From NCBI GenBank assembly GCA_002104905.1, contig MCFE01000258.1:1-64000 (forward strand): a stretch of DNA of 64,000 bases, read 5' to 3'. The DNA is from Basidiobolus meristosporus CBS 931.73. Its lineage: Eukaryota > Fungi > Basidiobolomycota. Position numbers and translations under genes: made by a program. Positions within the stretch are counted from its first letter, which is position 1. The number at the start of each line of letters is the position of its first letter. This document shows, in pieces, positions 25,430-38,654 of this stretch. The notes under the pieces are model-generated. The model ran no database searches and was not told where the DNA came from. It was given only the letters and a program-made list of their open reading frames with translations.

Positions 25430-25890
25430 GTGCTATGACTTTGAGAATCTTTAGGACCTTCTTAGTGTATTTTGAGCTCATATTGATGTCATTATAAACT
25501 CTACTTATGCCTGGACTCTTCTGGAACATGGTTATATTTCATCACTTGACAATCAGGAAAAGGATGTAAGGGAAACCAATCTGTTACCAATCAAGCATTC
25601 CTTCTGTCTATGGTAACAATTGTGCCTTGTTGAGTGGCAGTTGATCTTGGTACCTACCATCAACAGCTATAAATAAGGCTTATCATCAAGGAGCTTTTTA
25701 GATTAGTACAAAAGATACAGAGAGACCTTTAGAGATACTTATGATCACCAGGAAGCTACAGACACAAGCGCTATTAGCATAACAACTTACTGATAAAGAC
25801 ACCAGTAGTTTAGATCCAGAGACTAATACACCCATCAGACTTCTCATACATCTTGAGTTGTGTAGCTTCTCCTCAGAACACTGTGGTGAT
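25430..25890 (+). repeat. Old family C-like LTR, 3' half
   Basis: Similar to 19060-19520 (caaggagctttt..., gacaccagtagtttaga..., gagttgtgtagcttctc). Confidence 0.65.
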
Positions 25891-25969
25891 GGAAAGTATT
25901 TTATCACTCCAATAACCAAAACAAGTATTCCATTCATTTTTTTAATTTATAATTTGGTTTGTTTGCTTT

Positions 25970-26290
25970 CCGTAATTATGACTTCCCCAACTGATAAATA
26001 AAAGGGAGCTTCTTTTTCCAGAATCTCTATATTTCAATAACTGTTTAATGCTTATGAGAACTCCCTTGTACTGTTCCACTATTTGGTATCCTGACTTGTA
26101 TCATTGCAGTAACAGTAACAAAACTGCCAAACTCACAGAATCAAATCAAAGTAATATACGTTAATTATCAGTTTTCTGTTGAAAAGATTGCCTTTTATAT
26201 ACCTCTTGGCTTTAAAGACACCCCTATAGACATCTCTTCAGTGTAAAGAACCCATCAGAAACCCTCTTCATAAATTCCCCCAGCTGGGTG
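25970..26290 (+). repeat. Unclassified dispersed repeat, homologous to 38440-38895
   Basis: Shared atgacttcccca.ctga.aaataaa...ttccagaatctc...aaactcaca.aatc.aatc.aag and a degraded ccccttta/taaag tail. Confidence 0.55.
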
Positions 26291-26949
26291 GATATTTAGG
26301 TGGAATTACAAATATTTAGAGCACCTAAACATGAAAACTAGACAAGTTACCCAAAAAGCCCCAAGCTTTGTATACATGCTCTATCAACCTTCTTAAGCCT
26401 ATTCTTCATGCTTGTTATGCCAAAAACATATAAAAGTACATATACTACCTTTATATTCAATATATCACTGAGTGAAAACCATGTAATCCACATGTCCTCA
26501 CAATCATTTCCAATATCTTCAAGCTCTTACAACTGTCACTCTACTCTTCTAACCCATTCTTGCCCTTACTATTATACCAGCACCTAAATATAATAAACAG
26601 GCCTTCAATAATCTCAAGAATAACCCAATATCTGAAAGACTGAATCTTGGTTAAAAAACGTATAACTTGGCAATAAGCAAACTTAGTTTTAGGTATTATG
26701 AATAGCATACTTGTGAACTAAATAATTATAGCAGATTGTAGCTGTGTAGTAAGCTCAATTGGGAAGTATAATCATCTGCTTTAAATGCATGATTTAGTAA
26801 AGCCCATAAGCCTGGCTACTATCAATCTAGTGCTATTATAAAGTCAAATGAGTAATATATATATCATACCCACAGACACCATGAACAAGTTCTGTAAATC
26901 AAATATATGACAAGCATCTAACAGGGTACCTAATAATTGCTAACAATCA

Positions 26950-28009
26950 ACACTCCTTGCTCTTCATATGGGCAATTCCATGTGACTATATTCTTGAGAA
27001 TCCCTAATATCTGGGACCCAGCTTTACGTATTGCAGCAATTCCAGCCCATGCATTCCACCCAGCCACTAGGACTGTACAATCTGCCTTGTTATTTTGAAA
27101 GTTGAAGCGCTTTCAGATTAAACTAAACAAAAGCAATAAACCCATTGCTCTAGGAATTGTAGGCTGTGCAGTGATGAGTATAATGCCCACTGTATTCAAA
27201 TTTGGTACCAACCATTTGCAGTTCTCTGGGATGTACTAGCAATGTAAAAGGACAATGATAATTGCAACAATTGTGCATACTCCTGTGCATGAGATTGAAC
27301 CAAAGGGTACAGTTGCTCCAGTGATTGGGATTTTGTTAATATTCTCCCATCCAAGAGCAGCAGACATACTAAGCTCTCCTCAATTCATGGGCTGAGTGAT
27401 ACAAGGGTAAGTCTTGGCATAGAGTAGAGTACACTGGATACCAATAGTTGAGAGTACAATGATAGTAATTGTTCAGCAGGAATATGGAACCCTAACCTTA
27501 CAAACAGCATGTTAGCATCACTGAAAGCACTAGACCAACAATTCACTACGGTATTGGTATTTGCTTTGATGGTGGTAATAGATCTGACATATCTTGGTTA
27601 CCCTGTTTGATTAAATGCTTCTCCTTTGAGGGGGCAATCTGTACATGTCCAGCCATTACAGACTCTCCTTTTGAGTAAATAAAATGGCTCCTGAACCAAG
27701 TCAGCCTCAACTGCAGCCCTCTACAGCTGTCCACCAGAGTAGCTTTGAATGACCTCCAATGCAAGGCCAGTTTGCTTAAGGAAGTAAAAAGCATAAGGGG
27801 GATCCCTGCCCAAATAAACCAGTCTTAAGCAGATCCATTTACTTGTTTACCACAGCCATAGCCACAACCAAGTATCCTGACTTGACCATCAAGGACCCAG
27901 TAATTCCATATGAAATAAGAGCACCCAACAGGAATGAGACTAGGGTGTGAGGTGGGGTCATTTAACCAGCACCAAAAAATGAAATAATGGGTTTCAAAAT
28001 TAAGCTCAG
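26950..28009 (-). pseudogene. Fragment of an OPT/YSL-family oligopeptide transporter gene, frameshifted
   Basis: Manual translation: ISFFGAG*MTPPHTLVSFLLGALISYGITG; DWFIWAGIPLMLFTSLSKLALHW; AKTYPCI; KWLVPNLNTVGIILITAQPTIPRAMG...I*KRFN...VLVAG. These recall, in the expected order, motifs of the C-terminal half of fungal OPT/YSL proteins. Recognised from memory, not by search. Confidence 0.55.
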
Positions 28010-28345
28010 TGGCAGTGATGGGACCAGCAATAAAACACTAAATATATAAGTAAGTCATATTAAGATTGGTATGTGGTTTAAGTTAGCACACAATGAATGA
28101 GCTTTGTGTAATCAGCTTTTTTATCTGATTCTCCATGAGTTATGTTTTAATCTGCTTCAATTGCAATATATGACATCAATGTATGGCAGATATCATATTC
28201 AGATAATAATTTGTGCTTATATTGATGAGTTACTCATAAGTCTATGATTAGATAAGAAATCTGCATTGATGTGATTAGATTTATGCAATTAAAGATGCAT
28301 TATATGTAATGTCACTAACTTCACAATCACATAATGTCTCCAATA
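28010..28345 (-). mobile_element. Relic of the PHIS transposase start and intergenic region
   Basis: agtaagtcatattaagattggt matches 15677-15698 at 21/22; further colinear blocks aaatctgca(a)ttgatgtgat and aagatgcat; begins MTY as the transposase does. Confidence 0.7.
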
Positions 28346-29949
28346 CAAAACCTTCTTTAACTCACATGATATAGACAAAATAGTGATATAATAATATTAC
28401 ACTGTTGAGTATCAAGTTGTTTGCCCCATAAGCATGAATTCATTTGAAAAGCCTGTAAGTGAAGAGAAAAAGACCATGAAGTTGGTGTAACCAGCTTTGC
28501 AGCTGTTGTGTACAATCATTTAAACTTGGCCTGCTTACTATGTTAGAAAATCTAGAACCCTAGCTCAGTTTGCCTAACCTGAATATAGCTAATTCAAGAT
28601 ATGGCTTATCTTACCACATATCTAAATCTGTTTTAGCTGTTGCACCTGATGTATTTTCATGTGGTCATTGAGTTATGTGGGGGCAGAAATACTACTGTGT
28701 TATATTATGACTAGTTTGGGGCTTGTTTGCCATGTAGAAGCTAATCAATAGTATAAAAAACCTTCATAATGTTAATGCTGAAGTAGTTTTTGGGAGCCTG
28801 ATATACCAATAGAACTTATGACTCTAGAAAAATAGGCAATTGCAATCAATGTACCAAATGTTGGAGACAATTAAGTGTTGGGAGTGAAAGGTGAGAGAAT
28901 TACAGAGTATCAACTGTTAGCAGCTAAGGGACAGTTGTCAAAAGAGATATTGATCAGGTTTTGTGTGAAATAGGAGCTGCAATTTTTCTGCCAGTTTTTG
29001 CACAATGTCCTCATGGCATCACTTCTTCTGAGTCAATAATTTTAAATCTTGTGTCAACCTTTTGACAGGAATGTAATAAATATACCTCATAGGGATATGG
29101 TTTGTTTTGATTTTAGTAGCTTCTGATTCACAATATTCCTTTTGGTACTCCTTAGTATATCCTGTATATACTCTTGTGGGCTTAAGTTCATAGCCTGGGT
29201 ATTTCTGTGTCTGCAATCTATATCCTGATGTGGTAACTGTGCTCAACTAGATGGAGAGATTTGAACACCTCTAACAGGTGAGGCTTGGTCTTGTTCAATG
29301 TAATGTGTTTGTTGGTGGCAGCTACCAAATCTTTCATGCTTAATGCCAACAGAGCTTCACATGTTCTATTCAGCTTATAGCAGATGTTATGGTCAGTAGC
29401 ACTTCTGCAAGTATTAAGTGATTTCAATGAAGAGTTTGCCTTGTAATATCAGGCTCTCTTTGTGATCAAAAGCATTTTTTGGTGGTAAGTTGTGCCTTTG
29501 ATCATAGCATTATACGCCCTTTTATATGTTGTGAAGACCTGTCTGCATAAAATTAACTTTGTTACATTGTTAATTCAAATAAGTCAATAGTTTCACTTAC
29601 CTCTATTCCCTAATGTTGCTCAGTCATTGCAGCTCTCTAGAACTTGCATTGAGAGCTATTTATGTTACTTTCACTCTCAGAGACCCAAGAATATAGACTG
29701 AACAGGCACAGTCCAAGTTTGTACTCCCATTGATATAGCAGTTTGGGTTATTACTAATCCAGATGATTCTACTGCCTTGTAAACTGAAATAATCACTTTA
29801 GGAATATTTGTGAGCACTATGCAAAGCTTGAGCGTGGTGGTAGAGTCCCTGGGAGCAAAAAACTAACATTATTTTACTCTGAGCATATGTAGACTGTTTA
29901 TAAACCTGAGATTGGACTTTGGACATTATCCAGTGTTGCTACTTGCATT

Positions 29950-30400
29950 AATTTTAATCTTTGATAAGCAACAGATCCCTGGACTTTATCAGCTTTTTTC
30001 TCTGCCGTAGGAGCATTTGTTTGTTGTACATGCATTGCATTAACACAAGAATATGTATTTTGTACTTCTTAGCCTATACATTAACTGACTTGCAGGCATT
30101 TATGCAATATATGCAGTACAGTCAAGAGTATTTATGTGCTCTGCACTGAATATATATCCATCTGATGAGTCACATAGAGTAGAATTATCAGGTACTCTGC
30201 TATAAGGCCTATTTTGAGCCACAGAGTTGTAGTTACTGAGTTTAAACAATTTCTATAGCATAAATTTGGTCACGGCTCATGGATCTGGCCATATCAATCA
30301 TAGACCTATTTGCCGGTCATGGAACTTGCCTTTACTGGGGGGAGTGCAACTTAGTAGTCTCTTACTTCAGTCCATGAACTTCACAAATGTGAATGATTAG
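29950..30400 (-). pseudogene. Copia integrase remnant
   Basis: Degraded ...ANRSMIDMARSM... region similar to family E integrase. Confidence 0.45.
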
Positions 30401-31379
30401 CTTTGAGCCATAGGCACTGTTGTATCCAAGAGAAAAGTGTAATAAAACTCTTGAATGAGTTAACTGAACCCAAGTGACAACTAAGTGCAGAATCTTAGAA
30501 TCATCAAGAGTGCCAGAAATATTAGCAGAGAAGTTCTGGTCAACTATTGGCTGTGTACATAGTTGAGTTGGTCTATAAAGGCAGCTGAGTTGGTTTGTTA
30601 TACAGGCTAGGCTTGGTGTTCTTGGGAATGCTAGATATACTAGGCTTGGGTGGAAACTAGAACAGAATAGTTGAATTCTTAATTTTGCTGAGGCACAATC
30701 TTAATCTTGCTGAGACACACACTAAACCAAAAGGTTCAGTAATCTTTATTTATATTTTTCTGATCAAGTTAAATTAGTAAGCACCAAGAGACTGGACTTA
30801 TTGAAGTCTGTTGGGCTATTGATAGGTGCATAAGATAAACAAAAATTGCATCATTAATCAGCTGATGTCTTGGCAACTACTAAGTGGTTAGATGGATCTC
30901 AGATGACTAATTGTTTGGAAAGGCTTAGCAGATCAGTTGAGGGCGTAATAAGCACTTGAAAATTGATCTGGTGTGACAGCTAAAAATAGATTGTCAGAAG
31001 TGGTAAAATGAACCATAACAGGGAATAGGTATGTTTTGGTTAGGGAAAATCAGCTAGGGTACTAGAATTTCTAACTGAGTGAAATTGGCTAAGTTTTAAA
31101 TGTTGATGTACAACACATGTAAAGTATACTCAGAAAGATCCCAAAAATATGTGTGCCAAAAATGGTGCTGTTTAAATAGCAGTACAAGATGTATTCACTG
31201 GGTACTTGTTGTTTTGGCAAAGCCATTCTAGGTATATCCCAACAAGAAGATTAGTCAGAGTTTTCTCAGATATGTTGGTAACAACGTAAGTGACCAATTT
31301 AAGTGGGTATATATGTGATATCACAAATATTTACAACACACATCTCAAATAAATATACATATTAACTAGTCCCAACTGT

Positions 31380-31720
31380 GATCTGCAATCTTTTGATTTT
31401 TCTCCAGCAATTTGCTTGGAAAGTATGCCTACTTTTGCTTCATCTGCAGGACAGTAAGCTAAGCTGACTAAGTTACTTGCTATAGCATAATGTATGATAT
31501 GATGTCTAAGATCCAGGTGCTTAGTTCTAGCATGAAAAGTTGGATTTCAACCAAATTGTATGTTGCTTAGATTATCTTGCAATAAGGTAGTAGAAGCTTT
31601 CAGATATAAGCCCAAGGCTTAAAAAGGCTTTCTTAGCCACATTGTATCTTTAGTCACCTCTCAGATTGAGCTAACATTCACAGCTACGGTGAAAGGTGAT
31701 ACAGTAGATTGCTTTCCTCT
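31380..31720 (-). pseudogene. Copia RNase H remnant
   Basis: Similar to 48689-49003 (FHARTKHLDLRHH...LAYCPADE). Confidence 0.6.
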
Positions 31721-31759
31721 ATGAAAATAGTTTGGTCCTGCAGGCAGACCCAATCCATA

Positions 31760-32100
31760 TCAACCATCAGGATGCTGCAATGAGGCTATTGCAATGCCAG
31801 CCAATTGAGCTTTTTGACCCTCTACATGATCTTATGATGGTATTGTGACAGCATTTTGCTGATTTACTGCAAAATGAAGTTAAGGACCTACCAATGCTTA
31901 ATAGCCATTTCAAAGGAATTGCATGGCATTCTGATGGTCTTAATGTGCTCTATTTAGTTGAGCAGACCTAACTGGCCAAAACATCAAATTCCCTTATATG
32001 GCAAGAAACTTGATGGTGTTGTGACAGCCTCATTATGAAGCTCTACTGCATTATTATTGTATAGTGGGGTTATAGTGATACCAACTTGCAGATGTGGTCA
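31760..32100 (-). pseudogene. CACTA-family remnant
   Basis: DNA similarity to 45600-45900 and 56410-56700. Confidence 0.45.
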
Positions 32101-32350
32101 TTACCACATTGCCAACTTCATTATTTCTCTGCTACCCTTATTTTTGCTTTATCCCATTTGTCTTATCTGTTCAGCACCAACACCTAAGCGGATAACCATA
32201 AAGCCTGCTTATTTCATTGCATAAGTTATTACTCACTTTAGGTACAATTGTTAGATGTAAGTGCTTGTATATTGAGCTAGTACCCATACCAGTATTCATG
32301 GCACATGACTAAGCTGTTTCACCAACCCCATTATTTTCACTCCATATATA

Positions 32351-32561
32351 GGACTTGTTCCATCATTCAAGCTGATTATAGTGCCCAATAGTGCCATAGC
32401 ATGCCAGATGGTGCCTGATCATGCCACAGAGTGCCAGATGGTGCCATACAGTGCCAATTTGGGATGAAAATTGACATGCATATGACCCTAAAATATCAAA
32501 TTAATAACAAAATATACAGCACTTTCTGGCACTATGATCAATGGCACAATGGAACAAGTCT
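32351..32561 (-). mobile_element. 211-bp MITE of the PHIS family
   Basis: TIR (g)GACTTGTTCCAT / ATGGAACAAGTCT; TSD ATA (32348-32350 / 32562-32564). Confidence 0.9.
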
Positions 32562-32564
32562 ATA

Positions 32565-32905
32565 ATATATCTATGTTACACAAATTGCAGAATTCTGATA
32601 CCTGATTAGTTGGATATGTGGTGCCTTGAGCAACCTTCTGGCATCTACTCACAACATTCTTAGCTCATTCTGATGTCATTGGGACTTTATTGATCTCCAG
32701 AACCTCCTTGAACACTGGGAATAGTAATCACTTAGTCTGTGAGAAAAGTATATGGGGGAGTCAATCCCTCAACAATAAAACATCATCCCTTTTGTTAATA
32801 TACCAAATTTGTGGATTAGTATGTTCACTGCTACCTGCTGCTATCTTTTTATATATAGTAGTTTGGGATATACCTGATTTAGTTGGATCTCTTTGTGTTA
32901 GACAC
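32565..32905 (+). repeat. Old family D-like LTR fragment
   Basis: Degraded match to 33280-33560. Confidence 0.55.
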
Positions 32906-32909
32906 TAGA

Positions 32910-35437
32910 ATGGTCACTTCTGGAATATTGCTGGGCACTGATTCAGGCAGAAGCACAGTTGTAGTCTACTCTGACGTTGTAGTGGGGTTACAGTGACACC
33001 CACTGACAGATGTGCTCATTCCCTTATTTTCTACTTCCCTATATCTCTACTACACTTATTTTAGTTTTATCCCATTTGTCTTACCCAATCAGTACTATCC
33101 CATAAGCTGGTTGACTATCACACCTGCTTACCTTATTGCATATGTTACCCCTCACTTTATGTAAGATTACTAGCTATAAGTACTTCTATATTAGGCAGGT
33201 ACCCACGCCAGTACCCATGACACATGATCAACCTGTGTCACCATCCCTACAATTTCCATACCATATATGGTATCCCCATGTTACACAGGTTTCAGAATAC
33301 TGATTCCTGATTGGTTGGATGTGCTGTGCCTCTTAGAACCTTCCGGCACCTACCTAGAACATTCTTAGGTCATTCTGATGTCATTAAGATTTCTATTGAT
33401 CTCCGGAACCTTCTGGAACACCATGATTAGTAATCACTTAGCCAGTGAGAAAAGTATATAAGGAAGGCTATCCCTCTACAATAAATCATCACCCCTTTTA
33501 TCAATATACCGACTTGTTGATTAGTGTGATCACTGCTACCTGCTGCTACCTGAACTTCCAACCCTAGACCACAGGACACTCCCAGGAAACCACACTGACA
33601 GCCAACTGACCTTGGAGGCACTACTTGTGAGGAATACTCAGAGTAGGTATCTTTTATTATATTTGATTCTTTCCCAATTTTGTTCTTGTACAGGCAAAGA
33701 TACTTTTCTGTCTTTGTAACTATTGACCACAGCTGCATTCTTATCAAGTCCCTGCTGGTGGAGTTTACAGTTGTTTTGACTTTGGAAGCTTTAGTACATT
33801 GTCATCTCAAAGGATGCTGAACCCAGCACATACTTTTGTTAAGACGCCAACTAAGTTGGGGATTGTAGCTCAATAGTTTTCCCTTGACAAGCTTGTGGCT
33901 TTATTCCCCTTCACATTAGATTAGAGACAGAACCCAAGTATTCCTAGCAAGCTTTTGCCAGAGGTTATTGCACCCAGTGAACACCCCACACACAAAACAC
34001 TTGAGAAGTGTTGGACGTATCTCTCCCTTGGACCTATACACCACCACAACGTGAGAAAATCTTCACTGTTTTGCCACAATTCAATCCTGACTATTGGTGG
34101 AATTTAGATCATATTTTTGTCATTATCTGATATTATTTGTGTGAAGATTTTGAATTTTCATCAAACAACACATCCTGACACTTGATTAGCTTCTTTGCTT
34201 TGGTACTGCAGAGCTAGTATGCACTACTGTCATTACAGAAGCCCAAAAATATGCATTTTACACTTTTTGGCTCAGACTTTGACTGATTTGTAGGCAGCTT
34301 CTTGGCATGTGCTGTACACCCAAATACTTTAAGCTATTCTGCACCTGGTCTTTATCAGTACCATGCTTCAAATGGAGTAGAATCACAAAGTATTCTGTTG
34401 TAACCCCTACTTTTATGGTATACAGTTGTTGCCATCAATTCTGCCTAAAAATTGTAGGATGATTTTTTGATTATGGATCACAGACCTTGCCATATCATTT
34501 AAAAATCTGTTTGCATGTTTGCTACTCCATATTGCTCTAGGGAGTATGGCACAGTAGTCTCTTGCTTTATCCCATGAATTTTGCAGAAGTGGATGAAGAG
34601 TTATAGGATACATTCCCCACCATGGTCAGAGTATATTTTCTTGTTGTTTTTACCAGTTTCTGTTTCCACTATGGCTTTAAGCTCTATGAACTTAGACAGA
34701 GCTTCTTCTTTTCTCTCCATGAAGTGGACCCATGTGTATCTTGGATAATTGTCAATAAAAGTGATTAAATACTTCATCCCACCTGTGGATAAAGCTTGCA
34801 TAGGTCCACACAGATCTGAGTGAATTAGATCTAATTTTTCCTTAGTTTTGATTGACCTAAAGCTCTGGGATGCTATCCAGCTTACTTCTCATATATTCAG
34901 ATCTCACAGTACTCCAAATTTGTTGGAAATCAATTTTTACTCCTGATAATAAGAGATCTTTGATCACTTTGCACAAATAATTGAAAATAATGTGTCCAAT
35001 CTCCTGTGTCAAAGTATTGGTGTTTCTTCATTCAGGTTATTTATGTTGGTATACAGAAATGATGGGATAAACGTTAACTTGCCTAGATTCTGATCTTCAG
35101 CACCCAAAGTAATAAGGGCACTATTTTACTCAGTGATCCAGCATCCAGAATTTCCAGAGCTGAAACTGAGTGTTTCTGCAGTAGCCTTGCTTACAGATAT
35201 GAGGTTCTTGGCTATTCCTGGGACATTGAGTACTTCTTTGTAGGTAAGTATATGACTTTCTTTACTGCTGCTAAGGTTTATTTGGATGATTCCTTCTCCC
35301 CCTGCAGCCAGTATCCTATTTTTGCCAATGGAAACCTTCTGAATTGAAATTTGTTAGTATTGTGTAAAAATATTTTTGGTGTGTAAAGTGTTGAGATGCT
35401 CAAGAGTCAATGTACCACATCTGAGAATCCTTGTTTG
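32910..35437 (-). mobile_element. Degraded Copia family E pol fragment (PR-IN), interrupted by a solo D LTR
   Basis: ORFs 34413-34801 (KYLITFIDNYPRYTWVHF...SDHGGE); similar to 59119-60100 and 50660-51087. Confidence 0.8.
32978..34048 (+). repeat. Solo LTR, gypsy family D (1071 bp)
   Basis: TG..CA; TSD ACGT (32974-32977 / 34049-34052). Confidence 0.95.
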
Positions 35438-36053
35438 TGTTGCAAAAGCTTGGAGCTCCACTTGGGTATACATTTAACTTAGTCACTTAAATCATTACCT
35501 TCAGATCCTAGAGAATACTGACCAAGTTCCTTGATGGGACTGGCATAGAATATTTTCACCTGAATACCAGGCCACCATAACACAAAAGCTTCCAGAGTTG
35601 TCCAAACAACCCAACACTCTGCACACATGCTCTAAGGACATTCCTAACCCTAATCTATGTGCTTTTCATGCTGAGATGATGTAAAAGTGTAAATACTGCC
35701 TTTACATTCAATAAATGATTGAGTGAATCACATATTCTACTTTGTATTCCATTCACCTCCACCAGCTTCAATACTCCTAGAGCATGTCATGAGCCACAGG
35801 CTGTCACACTCTGCAACTTCTACCACTGCTATTACTGGAATTCTTTCCTCTGTTGAAAATTGGAAGGATCTAACTACCAGGTGTGTAAGGTGAAGTTGAG
35901 ATACTGCTACAAGAAGGAGGCCTTTGGATATTCTTACACAAGAAGAATGCCCTCTTAAGAACATGGGAGAGGGAGCGTTAGAATATTACAAGAAAGCCCA
36001 AAGTTTCTGTGGCTGGAGTAGCCTTAACATCAAAGGCAAATTACTAATTCAAT

Positions 36054-36783
36054 GGACATGTTTTGTTGAATTGTGCCACATGGAGCCATAAGTGCCAAAT
36101 AGTGCTGTAGTGTGCCAGAGAGGCAAAGCAGACTTATACTTGGCCACGGGGTGCAAAACATAGCTTTACATCATCATGCAAAGTAGCCCCTTTGGTTCAC
36201 CCACTGTGCTGGTGAAAATACATTTTTTGATTTTTTTTGGGTACATTAATGTTGATATTATGTAAGTGCACAGAAGAGCTGAAGTCGTGTATCTGGTGCT
36301 CAATACCAATGGTACTCTGACTCAGACTTTGGTGGCTTGTATCAGGTCACAACAATGCATGGCGCTATCTTCATCCACTGGCACTATCTGGCACTATGAG
36401 TGCTCTGTATAGGCTTTACCTTACAGCTACTATTTAAATATGGTGCCAAATAGTACTAGTGGACCAAGATAGTGTCATGCATTTCTGTGACATGTTACAA
36501 ACATTATGTGCTAGGCTCAGAGTATCAAGGGTAGCAAGTACCCAATGAATGTCTTCAGCTCTTCTATGCTCTTACACATAATCATCATTAGTGATCCCAA
36601 AAAAAGGTCAAAAAATGGATTTTCACCAGCACAGTAGGGCAAACACAAGGGCTGCTTTGCATGATGATGTTTAACTATATCTCAGACTCTGCGGCTAAAC
36701 TTAAGTATACTGGCATCTCTAGTACAGTATGGCACTACTTGGCATTCATGGCTCAATGTGGCACTATCCAGAAGAGCAATTAT
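36054..36783. mobile_element. 730-bp long-TIR MITE related to the PHIS element
   Basis: Termini resemble AGACTTGTTCTGTTGGATAGTGCC; inverted arms of about 170 bp (36054-36230 / 36608-36783); TSD AAT (36051-36053 / 36784-36786); removal restores Copia gag (ctaattcaatgctcaagag). Confidence 0.8.
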
Positions 36784-37199
36784 AATGCTCAAGAGCAAAA
36801 ATAGCAAAGCAAGCATGGAAGACACCTACCAGTCATGTTCAGCACTAATATAATGTATCTTAAGCAGGCTTTTGCAACTACAAAGATGCTGCCAGGAGAA
36901 GAAATTAAAAAAACTATTTAACAATATTATTGTGCTGATGGATGAGATGGAATATGTGAGCATACCAATTACTGATTAGGATGTGATAGCTACTATTCTC
37001 ATCAGCCTGACTGACAGGCTTCTGGACCTTGGATTGGCCCTGAAGTCCAGAACTGAAGATTTGACCTTTTATTAAGTACATGGGAGACTCCTAGATGAAG
37101 AAATAAGAAAATCAAGCACCAACAAGAAGGAAGAAGAAGAAGCCTTATAAGTAATGATGGCCAGCAAAGAAGATACTCAAGACCTTTAAAGGCAGCACC

Positions 37200-37683
37200 T
37201 GTTATGAATAGACACAAGGCAGGAGGAAAAGCTAGCAAGGCAGGATTCAAGGCAAGGCTGTTTATTCAAGACCTGTGTTTATCAGACTGAGGAATACTTG
37301 AGGGGGGATAGGACTATATATACTTTTTGGCTATACTGATGCCAAGAGATATTAGCTAATACTAATGGGGTTGTGGGGTGAGGCACAGCAGCAGTGCTGG
37401 GGATAACAATATAGAAGGCAAGGCACTGAGACAGGATGGGGAAATGGATTGGGTCACCTGATCATGTGACTAAGTCATGTGACCTGGTATTCCCATTTAT
37501 GGTACTGGACTATGAAAAATACAATGGGAAGCTTCAATGGAATGTTCCATTGTGTAACAATGGTTTGGAATGGTCAGAAACTTTCTGGAAGGTGGTAGAA
37601 GGTTCCAGAAGGAATCTCTTAGAGATTGAGCTAGGAAGCTGAAACTTGGCATGGGTGTTCATGGCTGTCATGTGATCATGACA
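37200..37683. repeat. Solo LTR of a further family (484 bp)
   Basis: TGTTATGA...TCATGACA; 5-bp TSD GCACC (37195-37199 / 37684-37688); removal restores Copia gag. Confidence 0.85.
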
Positions 37684-38654
37684 GCACCAACCTGTTTTGC
37701 AACTACCTCAAATGGAAAGGACACTCATCAGACTGGTGCTTTAAGCAAACAGATAGTTAGTAGAAAAGCTGGAGTATGCAAACAATGCAACAAATGAAGG
37801 TAACTAATCATATCTGTACTAAGTATGACTACAAACAAGGATTCCTGGACTTGGCATATAGACTATGGAGCATCTCAATACTTTACAAATCAAGTGGAAC
37901 TTTTTATCCTATATCAGGAAATTCCAATCAAGAAGGTTTTCATTGGTCATAGTAAGTTACATGATGCAGTGGGAGAAGTGTTGTAATGGAAAGTATTCCA
38001 CTACTACAATATCTCTAAGCCAATATTGCACTCATTTCTTTATTTTGCTTTTTGCTATTGAAACACTCATGTGAACAATCAAGAATTTCCAACTTTGAAG
38101 GACAAATGCTCCAGACCCTGACAAGCAATCCACCCAAGAATATTATGTCATACAGAACACATAGTAGCCAACGCATATTTCAAATTACAGCTCATTTGAA
38201 GCAGCACTTAAGGAGTTATGACCAAAAGAGTCCAATTATTATATATACTATGCCTTATTACTAGGATTACTATGGTGACTTTGATTGCATGTAGCTTTTG
38301 AACCAGCCAATCAAATCACGTGCAATTTTCACAGGTGCTGCGCCTATATCCGATCTGTGCTACTGCAAACTTCTAGCTTTGTATCATGTGTATTGCTTGC
38401 GCAATTGCCTAAAAACTATGACTCTTCAGCATTTTCATATATATGACTTCCCCAGCTGAAAAATAAAGTGAGCCTCTCTTTCCAGAATCTCCACACTACA
38501 ATTACAAGTTTAAAGGTTATAGGACTTCCCCTGCAGCACTTGCAATATTGAGTATTTTGACTTTGACTGGTACTACATCAGTAAAGAGACTGCAAAGCTC
38601 ACAAGAATCCAATCTAAGTTCTACAAGAAAACTACCACTTTTCTGTTGGAGAGG

